Source of the DNA: an uncultured delta proteobacterium
Lineage (GTDB): Bacteria; Myxococcota_A; Polyangia; Fen-1088
Length of the DNA stretch: 64,000 bases
Reading direction: 5' to 3'
NCBI GenBank assembly: GCA_963767925.1
Contig: CAVYGB010000008.1
Span: forward strand, 160,001 to 224,000
In this document: positions 56,699 to 64,000 of the stretch, piece by piece
Position numbering within the stretch: position 1 is the stretch's first letter
Layout: each line of letters starts with the position of its first letter
Program-made: the position numbers and the translations under genes
Notes under the pieces: generated by a model
Databases searched by the model: none
The model's input: only the letters and a program-made list of their open reading frames with translations
Told to the model about the DNA's origin: nothing

Positions 56699-58324
56699 AT
56701 GAGCCGCTCCATCGCCTCTGCCGTCGGCCGGTACCGTTGGTGGATCTGTACGCTCCTGTTCCTGGCCACCACGATCAACTACATCGATCGCCAGATCCTC
56801 TCGCTCCTCAAGCCGATGCTCGACGAGGAGCTGAAGTGGACGAACGAGCAGTTCGGCCAGGTAAACTCCGTGTTTCAGGGGGCCTACGCCCTGAGCTTGC
56901 TGGGTTTCGGCTGGCTGGTCGATCGCTTCGGCACCAAGGCGGGGTACGCGATCTCGATCGTGTTCTGGAGCCTGGCGGCCATCGGCCACGCCTTCGTGGG
57001 CAGCGTACGCGGCTTCTTCGTGGCCCGGGCCGCCCTGGGCTTGGGCGAAGGCGGAAACTTCCCCGCCGCCATCAAGGCGGTCGCGATCTGGTTCCCCAAG
57101 CGCGAGCGGGCCTTCGCCACCAGCCTCTTCAACGCCGGGACCAACGTGGGCGCCATCGTGGCTCCGGCGGTGGTCCCCTGGATCGCCGGCGCCTGGGGCT
57201 GGCAGGCGGCCTTCGTCGCCGCCGGCATCGCCGGCTTCCTCTGGCTGCTCCTCTGGATCCCGTTTTACGACGTCCCCGAGAAGATCGCGCGGATGTCCCG
57301 CTCCGAGATGGAGCACATCAACAGCGACCCCCAGGAAGCGCGGGTCGCCGGCGAGCCGGAGCGCAAGGTCAGCTGGATCACCTTGCTTGGCTACCGGCAG
57401 ACCTGGTCGTTCGTGGTCGGCAAGTTCCTCACCGACCCGGTCTGGTGGTTCTTCCTCATCTGGCTGCCCGACTTCTTCAAGAAGACGCGGGGGCTCGACA
57501 TCAAGCAGAGCTGGATCCACCTGGTGACGATCTACGTGATCGTCACGGTGCTGAGCATCGGCGGCGGCTGGCTCACCGGGCACCTCAACCGCACCGGCTA
57601 CAGCATCACCCGGGCCCGCAAGACCGGCATGTTCGCCTTCGCCCTGGCGGTGTTGCCGATCTTCCTGGTGACCAGGGCCAGCGACTGGGAGGCGGTGGTG
57701 CTCATCGGCATCGCCGGCGCGGCCCACCAGGCCTGGTCGGCCAACATCTACACCACCGTCTCGGACATGTTCCCCAAGCGGGCGGTGGCCTCGGTCATCG
57801 GGATCGGCGGCATGGCCGGCTCGATCGGCGGCATGTTGTTCCCCTGGCTGGCCGGGCGGGTGCTCGATCAGTTCCAGGGCACCGAAGGCGGGGCGGCCGC
57901 CGGCTACAGGATCCTGTTTGCGATCTGCGGCAGCGCCTACCTGGTGGCCTTCGCCATCCACCACCTGCTGGCCCCCAGCTTCACCGAGATCCAGCTCCGC
58001 GACAACCCGGGCCGCCTCGGCCGGACCGCCTTCGGTCTGCGCAGCCTGGTCATCGTGGGGGGCGGCGTCCTGCTCGCCACCTGGAGCTACAACGCGGTGG
58101 CCGGGGTCGGCCACATGATCGCGATCCTCATCGCCCTTTTCGCCCTGGTGGCCTTCGCCTACCAGGCGGTCAAGCGGCTGCACGACCTCGATCGGCCGGC
58201 GTCGCAGTTCTTCCTGCTCCTCATCCCGGTCTACCAGCTCTTCCCGCTGTTCCGGCTGCTGGTGACGCCCGGGACCCCCGGCTCGAACCGCTACGGCGCC
58301 GCGACCGAGAACAAGCCCTTCTGA
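56699..58324 (+). CDS. ExuT-like hexuronate MFS transporter with in-frame C-terminal DUF805 domain
   Basis: RYRWWIC.LLFLATTINYIDRQ, GEGGNFPAA, TDPVWWF, AHQAWSAN; tail VKRLHD...LLLIP...PGTPGSNRYG. Confidence 0.88.
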   Translation: MSRSIASAVGRYRWWICTLLFLATTINYIDRQILSLLKPMLDEELKWTNEQFGQVNSVFQGAYALSLLGFGWLVDRFGTKAGYAISIVFWSLAAIGHAFVGSVRGFFVARAALGLGEGGNFPAAIKAVAIWFPKRERAFATSLFNAGTNVGAIVAPAVVPWIAGAWGWQAAFVAAGIAGFLWLLLWIPFYDVPEKIARMSRSEMEHINSDPQEARVAGEPERKVSWITLLGYRQTWSFVVGKFLTDPVWWFFLIWLPDFFKKTRGLDIKQSWIHLVTIYVIVTVLSIGGGWLTGHLNRTGYSITRARKTGMFAFALAVLPIFLVTRASDWEAVVLIGIAGAAHQAWSANIYTTVSDMFPKRAVASVIGIGGMAGSIGGMLFPWLAGRVLDQFQGTEGGAAAGYRILFAICGSAYLVAFAIHHLLAPSFTEIQLRDNPGRLGRTAFGLRSLVIVGGGVLLATWSYNAVAGVGHMIAILIALFALVAFAYQAVKRLHDLDRPASQFFLLLIPVYQLFPLFRLLVTPGTPGSNRYGAATENKPF

Positions 58325-58370
58325 GCGCGGCCTTGCCTCGGCGGGGGGCGCCGGCTACGCTCGCGCCACT

Positions 58371-59042
58371 TTGCGCGAGTACGTGGAAAAATTGCAGCGC
58401 TCGCCCGCGGCCGCAGACCAGCAGGCGCTGCTCGACCGCATCATCTCCCAGCCCGCCCTGCACGCCCGGATGGTGAACACCTTCGCCCGCCTGGAGTACG
58501 TGGGGGTGCGCAAGATCCTGAAGAGCCGCCGCTCCGAGAGGCTCGACCTCGATGGCCTGCAGCACATGCTCGACGAGACCATCCACGCCATGCGCCTCAA
58601 GAAGGGGGCCCTGGCCCTGGCCCGGGAGCCGTCCGAGGTGGCGACCTTCTCCGGCGCCGATACCCTGGCGGGCGACGCCGGCGAGGACTACCTGCAGGAG
58701 GTCGATCGCGCGGCCGAGGCCGTGCTGGCCGAGCTGCCCGACCCGGAGCGGGCCGAGGTGAACTACGTCCTCACCAGCGCCGCGATCGAGATCCGGGCCC
58801 AGGCCTTTTACCCGATGTACGAGGCCCGGCTGCGGGCCGCCGGATCGTCCCTCTCGGTGGCGGCCATCGTGCGCGACGAGGACCGCCACCTGGCCGAGAT
58901 GGCCGAGCGGCTCGAGGTTGTGCTCCCCGACTGGCGGGCCCGCCTCTCCCCCGTGCTCGACCGGGAGGCCGCCGCCTTCGGCCGGTTCTTCCAGGCCGTC
59001 GCCCAGGCCGTCGAAGCGCGATCCGGCGCGGACCCCTCCTGA
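58371..59042 (+). CDS. Ferritin-like di-iron four-helix-bundle protein (start uncertain)
   Basis: LEYVG..., DETIH, IEIRA, DEDRH: E/ExxH/E/ExxH pattern. Confidence 0.75.
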   Translation: MREYVEKLQRSPAAADQQALLDRIISQPALHARMVNTFARLEYVGVRKILKSRRSERLDLDGLQHMLDETIHAMRLKKGALALAREPSEVATFSGADTLAGDAGEDYLQEVDRAAEAVLAELPDPERAEVNYVLTSAAIEIRAQAFYPMYEARLRAAGSSLSVAAIVRDEDRHLAEMAERLEVVLPDWRARLSPVLDREAAAFGRFFQAVAQAVEARSGADPS

Positions 59043-59072
59043 GGGGCGGCTCCGCCTGGCCGCGTCCCCCCG

Positions 59073-60206
59073 TCAGCGGAGGGCCACGCCTTCGCGGGTG
59101 GGGCCGCCGAGGACCACCTTCACGATGCGGTGGTTCTCGCTGTCCGACAGGAGCAGGTCTCCGTTCTTCTCGACGTAGACGCCGTGGGGCCGGGCCAGCT
59201 CGAGCTTCTCGGGCGGGCCACCCAGGCCACCGCCGCCCCGCTGGCCGGTCCCGGCCACCAGGGTGATGCGCCCGTCACCGGGGGCGTAGCGGCGGATGTT
59301 GTGGTTCTCGGTGTCGACGATCAGCACGCTGTCGTCCCGATCCACCGTGAGGTGTTTGGGGCCGTTGAGGAGCGCCTTGCGCGCGTCGCCCCCGTCGCCC
59401 GCGTTGCCCTTCTCGCCGGTGCCGGCCACCGTCCGGATCTTCCCGTCGGTCCCCACCACCCGCAGGGCGTGGCCGCCCCGCTCGAGGATGTAGAGCTGTC
59501 CCTGCGAGTCGACGGCGATGGCCCGGGGGTCGACGAGAGGGGCCTGCAGGGCGTCGGCCCCGTCGGCGGGGACCCCCTTTTCACCGTTGCCCGCCACCGT
59601 GCTCACGACACCGGTGGTGAGGTCGACCGCCCGCACCCGCCGGTTGTCGAGGTCGATGGCGTAGAGGCGCTTGCCGGCGCGGTCGAAGTCGATGCAGTAG
59701 ATGCCGCCGAAGTGGGCCGCGCTGGCCGGGCCACCGTCGCCGCCGAAGGCCTTCTGTCCGGTGCCCACGACGCTGCTGATCACCCCCGTGTCGGGGTCCA
59801 GCGTCCGCACCCGGTTGTTCCAGGTGTCGGCGATGTACAGGAGGCGCCCGTCGGAGGGGACGGCGATGTGGTGGGGGCCGTTCAGCTTGGCCTGGATGCC
59901 GGGGCCGCCGTCGCCGCCATCCCCCTTCGAGCCCTCGCCGGCCACCGTGGTGAGGATGCCGCTGGGGTCGACCTTGCGCACGCGGTTGCCACCCATCTCG
60001 ACGATGTACAGATTGCCTCGGCCATCCCGCGCGACCCCGAAGGGCTCGTTCAGGCGAGCCTGCGTCGCGGGTGTCCCGTCTTCACCGCTGCCTCCGCCGG
60101 CCACCAGGGCAGTGGTCACGCCGGCTGCGGCAGCGGGGGGACGCTGGCCGTGTGCGCAGGCCAGGAAGAGAGAAAACGCCGGGAAAAACAGCAGGAGGTT
60201 TTTCAT
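59073..60206 (-). CDS. NHL-repeat lipoprotein
   Basis: Lipobox FLAC; repeated VAGTG..G..GDGG..A.LNGP units. Confidence 0.88.
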   Translation of the reverse strand: MKNLLLFFPAFSLFLACAHGQRPPAAAAGVTTALVAGGGSGEDGTPATQARLNEPFGVARDGRGNLYIVEMGGNRVRKVDPSGILTTVAGEGSKGDGGDGGPGIQAKLNGPHHIAVPSDGRLLYIADTWNNRVRTLDPDTGVISSVVGTGQKAFGGDGGPASAAHFGGIYCIDFDRAGKRLYAIDLDNRRVRAVDLTTGVVSTVAGNGEKGVPADGADALQAPLVDPRAIAVDSQGQLYILERGGHALRVVGTDGKIRTVAGTGEKGNAGDGGDARKALLNGPKHLTVDRDDSVLIVDTENHNIRRYAPGDGRITLVAGTGQRGGGGLGGPPEKLELARPHGVYVEKNGDLLLSDSENHRIVKVVLGGPTREGVALR

Positions 60207-60280
60207 TGGGCGTACCTTACACCGGACTGGTCGGGACCAGAATCCTCCCCGAAACACGTCGCGCTATAGTCGAGCGGGCC

Positions 60281-63127
60281 ATGTCTCGCTCGCCGCTCCT
60301 GCTCGTCGTGGCCCTCGTACTCGGCGCCTGCGCCAGCCGCCCGCCTGCCGCCGCCGGGGCCGCAGCGGCCGCGATCGCCGCGGGTGGCCCGGCCGCGGAC
60401 GAGGCCCCCTTGCCGGTGGACCCCGCCGTCCGGGTGGGAACGTTTCCCAACGGTCTTCGCTACTACATCCGTCGCAACGAGGAGCCCCGCCAGCGCGCCT
60501 CCTTGCGCCTGGTGGTCAACGCCGGATCGGTCCTGGAGGAGGACGCCGAGCAGGGGTTCGCCCACTTCGTCGAGCACATGGCCTTCAACGGGACCCGCCT
60601 GCTGCCCAAACACGAGATCGTCGCCTTCATCGAGAGCGTGGGCATGCGCTTCGGCCAGGACGCCAACGCCAGCACGTCGTTCGACGAGACCATCTACATG
60701 TTCGAGATCCCCACCGAAGACGCGGCGGTGGTGGCCCGGGCCTTCCTCGTGCTCGCCCAGATCGCCAGCGACGTCAGCTTCGAGCCCGAGGAGGTCGACC
60801 GGGAGCGGGGGGTCATCATCGAGGAGTGGCGGCTGGGCCGCGGCGCCGCCACCCGCGTGCTGGAGAAGGTGTTGCCCACCATCTTCCGCGGCTCCCGTTA
60901 CGCCGAGCGGATCCCCATCGGCCGCAAGGAGATCCTCGAGCGGGCCACCGCCGAGGGGCTGCGCGGGTTCTACCGGCGCTGGTATCGGCCCGACCTGATG
61001 GCGGTCATCGCCGTGGGCGACCTCGATCCGAAGGCGGTCCTCGGGAACCTGGAGCGCACCTTCGCCCCGCTACCCCGCTCGCCCGCCGCGGGAGAGCGGC
61101 CCCGGTTTCCCGTCCCCGACCACGAGGAGACCCTCGTCGCCGTGGGCAAGGACCGGGAGCTGCCCGGCACCTCGGTGGGTGTCCTCTACAAGATGCCCCG
61201 GCGGGTGGTGGCCAGCGAGCGCCAGTACCGGCGGCACGTGGTGGAGGCGATGTACCACCGGATGATCAACGCCCGCCTGGAGGAGCAGACCCGCAGCGCC
61301 GACCCCCCCTTCCTGTTCGCCGCCTCGGTCACCCAGCCGTTCGTGCAGGCGATCGACGTCTTCTTGCAGGCGGCGGTGGTCAAGCAGGACGGGATCGATC
61401 GGGGGCTGCTGGCGCTGACCCGCGAGACCGAGCGCATCGACCGCCAGGGCTTCCAGGCCAGCGAGCTCGAGCGGGAGAAGCTGGAGCTCCTGAGCGAGCT
61501 CGAGCGGGCGGTCAAGGAGAAGGACAAGGTCCCCTCGGCCACCCTGGCCGAGGAGATGATCCGCCACTACCTGCGGCAAGAGGGCATGCCCGGCATCGAG
61601 CGGGAGCTGTCCCTCACCCGGGCCTTCTTGCCCACCGTGACCCTCGCGGAGATGAACCGGGTGGCCTCCGAATGGATCGCCGAGCGCAACCGGGTGATCC
61701 TGGTGCAGGCGCCCGAGGACGCCCCGGTGCCGCCGGACAGGGAGCTGCGGGCCCTGTTCGAGAAGGTGCAGAAGGAGGAGGTCGCCCCCTACGTCGACAA
61801 GGTGGCGGAGGGACCGCTGGTGGAGGCGTTGCCGCCCCCGGGACCGGTGCGGCAGGAGCGGCAGCTCCCGGAGGTGGGCCTGACCGAATGGCGCCTGGCC
61901 AACGGCGTGCGGGTCGTGGTCAAGCCCACGGACTTCCGCAACGACCAGATCCTGGTGCGGGCCCTCAGCCCGGGCGGCCACTCGCGGGTGCCGGCGCGAG
62001 ACTATCCCTCCGCCCTCTACGCCGCCGACCTGGTCGGGGCCAGCGGGGTCGGCCGCTTCGGGCCGACCGAGCTGCGGAAGGCCCTGGCGGGGAAGGCGGT
62101 GTCGGTCGGCCCCTTCATCGACGAGCTGGAGGAGGGGGTGATCGGCCAGGCCTCCCCCGACGACCTCGAGACCCTGCTGCAGCTCATCCACCTCTACCTG
62201 ACCGCCCCCCGCAAGGACCCGGAGGTCTTCGCGGCGGCGCGCGAGCAACTCCGCGAGCAGCTCAGCCGCCGGGGCGCCGACCCCGAGACGGTGTTCGGAG
62301 ACCGCTGGCAGGTCGAGCTCTACCGCAACCACCCGCGCCGCCGGCCCCCCGATCCGGCGATGCTCGCGAAGCTCTCGCTCGACAAGGCCCTGCGCATCTA
62401 CAAGGAGCGGTTCGCCGACGCGGGGGACTTCACCTTCGTATTCGTGGGGCGGGTCGACCCCCAGGCCCTCCGCCCGCTGGTCGAGCGCTACCTGGGCTCG
62501 TTGCCCGGCCGGGGTCGCAAGGAGACCTGGCGCGACGTGGGCGCCCGCCCCCTCTCCGGCGAGCGCCGCTTCGAGGTGGCGGTCGGGGTGGAGCCGCGGA
62601 GCACCGTCGCCCAGGCCTTCACCGGCCCCCAGGCCTTCAGCCGGGAGCAGGAGCAGCGGCTGGACACCGTGACCGAGGCCCTGGCCATGCGGTTGCGCGA
62701 GATCCTGCGGGAGGAGCTGGGCGGCACCTACGGCGTGGACGTGGAAGGGGCGATCGAGCGCCGGCCGGTGCCCTACTTTCTCACCGACGTGCGCTTCGCC
62801 TGCGCGCCCGAGAACGTCGCGCGCATGGTGAAGGCCGTCCACGACGAGATAGCCAATGTCCAGGAGCGCGGGTTCTCCGAGGACCTGATCGCCCGGGTGA
62901 AGCTGGCCCAGCGCCGGGCCCTGGAGGTGGCCACCCGCAACAATGGGTACTGGCTTTCCCGCCTCTCCGAGCACTATCGCTTCGGGACCGACCCCCGCCT
63001 CATCCTGGCCGAGCCGCAGCTCATCGACGGGGTGGACGCGGCGGCGGCGCGCGCCGCGGCCCGGATCTACTTCAAGGGTCGTGGCCGGTTGCTCGGCATC
63101 CTCGAGCCGGCCGCCGCGACGCCGTGA
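60281..63127 (+). CDS. M16 zinc protease (PqqL-like) lipoprotein
   Basis: Lipobox LGAC; HFVEHMAFNGT (HxxEH); ERGVIIEEWR; LREELGGTYG. Confidence 0.92.
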   Translation: MSRSPLLLVVALVLGACASRPPAAAGAAAAAIAAGGPAADEAPLPVDPAVRVGTFPNGLRYYIRRNEEPRQRASLRLVVNAGSVLEEDAEQGFAHFVEHMAFNGTRLLPKHEIVAFIESVGMRFGQDANASTSFDETIYMFEIPTEDAAVVARAFLVLAQIASDVSFEPEEVDRERGVIIEEWRLGRGAATRVLEKVLPTIFRGSRYAERIPIGRKEILERATAEGLRGFYRRWYRPDLMAVIAVGDLDPKAVLGNLERTFAPLPRSPAAGERPRFPVPDHEETLVAVGKDRELPGTSVGVLYKMPRRVVASERQYRRHVVEAMYHRMINARLEEQTRSADPPFLFAASVTQPFVQAIDVFLQAAVVKQDGIDRGLLALTRETERIDRQGFQASELEREKLELLSELERAVKEKDKVPSATLAEEMIRHYLRQEGMPGIERELSLTRAFLPTVTLAEMNRVASEWIAERNRVILVQAPEDAPVPPDRELRALFEKVQKEEVAPYVDKVAEGPLVEALPPPGPVRQERQLPEVGLTEWRLANGVRVVVKPTDFRNDQILVRALSPGGHSRVPARDYPSALYAADLVGASGVGRFGPTELRKALAGKAVSVGPFIDELEEGVIGQASPDDLETLLQLIHLYLTAPRKDPEVFAAAREQLREQLSRRGADPETVFGDRWQVELYRNHPRRRPPDPAMLAKLSLDKALRIYKERFADAGDFTFVFVGRVDPQALRPLVERYLGSLPGRGRKETWRDVGARPLSGERRFEVAVGVEPRSTVAQAFTGPQAFSREQEQRLDTVTEALAMRLREILREELGGTYGVDVEGAIERRPVPYFLTDVRFACAPENVARMVKAVHDEIANVQERGFSEDLIARVKLAQRRALEVATRNNGYWLSRLSEHYRFGTDPRLILAEPQLIDGVDAAAARAAARIYFKGRGRLLGILEPAAATP

Positions 63128-63189
63128 CCGCCGGCTGCGACACCCGCGTCCAAGGGGCGTCTCTTGCATAAGGAGCAGAGAGCGACTTC

Positions 63190-63831
63190 ATGGAGGTGCT
63201 CGTGCTCACTACAGCGCATGCGTCCGTCAGGGAAAACAGTGGTCCGAGTTCTATAACACACCCCGCCGCGGGAGCGGCCTGGGGCGACGTCCTCGTCGCC
63301 GACGACGATTCCATCTGCCTGCAGCAGATCCGAGAGCTCCTCACGCCCGCGGGCTGGCGGGTCCGGGTGGCGCGCGACGGCGCGCAGTGGCTGGCGGCGA
63401 TCCGGGAGAACGCCTTCGATCTCGTCATCTTCGAGCCGAACCTGCCCGGCCGGCTCTGGTATTCGTCCATCCACGACGTGCGCAGCCACCTGGGCCGGGC
63501 CCGGCTGATCATCACGACCGCCTTCCCCTCGCGGGCGCTGACCCGGGAGGCCCGGGCCCTGCAGGCCGAGGCCGTGCTGACCAAGCCGTTCCGCATCGAG
63601 CGCCTGGCCGCCACCTTGCGGACGCCCGGGTCGGACCCCGCCGCCGCCCTGCCCCCCGAGCGGGATCCCCTGCCCGACGGGCGGACCCCCTCGCTGGCCC
63701 GGCTCGAGTGGGAATACATCAACCACATCCTCCGGCGCTGCGACGGCAACGTCAGCGAGGCCTCCCGGCACCTGCGGGTGCCCCGGCAGACCCTGTATCG
63801 CAAGTTCCGCAAGCACCCCCCGCCCTCCTAG
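63190..63831 (+). CDS. RegA/ActR-like response regulator with Glu at the phosphoacceptor position (start uncertain)
   Basis: VLVADDD; DLVIFEPNLP; LTKP; SLARLEWEYINHILRRCDGNVSEASRHL...RQTLYRK. Confidence 0.8.
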   Translation: MEVLVLTTAHASVRENSGPSSITHPAAGAAWGDVLVADDDSICLQQIRELLTPAGWRVRVARDGAQWLAAIRENAFDLVIFEPNLPGRLWYSSIHDVRSHLGRARLIITTAFPSRALTREARALQAEAVLTKPFRIERLAATLRTPGSDPAAALPPERDPLPDGRTPSLARLEWEYINHILRRCDGNVSEASRHLRVPRQTLYRKFRKHPPPS

Positions 63832-63861
63832 CTCGGTGCTCCTGGCGGGGACCGGGCGCGG

Positions 63862-64000
63862 TCAGGGCGCCAGGCCGGCGATCCAGCGCGTCACCACCTC
63901 GATGCCGCTGGGGTCGATGACCTCGGTGGCCAGCGACGGCATCTGATCCTTGCTGCCGCGGATCTTCATGCGTTCGAGCAGGCCACTGCGTCCCGGATCG
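63862..64000 (-). CDS. C-terminal fragment of a protein entering from the right edge (resembles c-type cytochrome domain tails)
   Basis: DPGRSGLLERMKIRGSKDQMPSLATEVIDPSGIEVVTRWIAGLAP-stop; no CxxCH is visible in the window. Confidence 0.55.
   Translation of the reverse strand, partial: DPGRSGLLERMKIRGSKDQMPSLATEVIDPSGIEVVTRWIAGLAP

Overview
A very GC-rich bacterial chromosomal segment whose gene content and style point to Myxococcota (inference): many two-component systems, a poly-HAMP kinase, an ECF/FecR pair, Gly-linker lipoproteins and a TSP3-OmpA protein. I found no rRNA, tRNA, CRISPR array or mobile element. The most notable locus (10656-16606, minus) is a toluene-4-monooxygenase/isoprene-monooxygenase-type soluble di-iron monooxygenase (SDIMO) operon in the order alpha-gamma-Rieske-effector-beta. 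The usual sixth gene, the NADH:ferredoxin reductase, is absent; a translationally coupled cytoplasmic PAS-PAS histidine kinase sits in its place, followed by an NAD(P)-binding oxidoreductase. A second locus (25327-35218, minus) is a guanidine carboxylase operon (ABC transporter, cgdAB, carboxylase) extended by a triuret hydrolase-type enzyme and an internally deleted permease. It has no allophanate hydrolase, and its leader can form a non-canonical pseudoknot. Also present: a SUV3-like helicase, an esterase-lactonase fusion, malate synthase, pirin, an NtrC-type two-component pair, a PafA-like phosphatase, ChrA, M28 and M16 peptidases, a 13-repeat poly-HAMP hybrid kinase, a korABC-like 2-oxoacid oxidoreductase, an ExuT-DUF805 fusion, a ferritin-like protein and a RegA-like regulator with Asp-to-Glu at the phosphoacceptor. 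Four +1 frameshifts cluster in the first 6.3 kb and are probably assembly errors. All family assignments come from motif recognition; no database searches were run.
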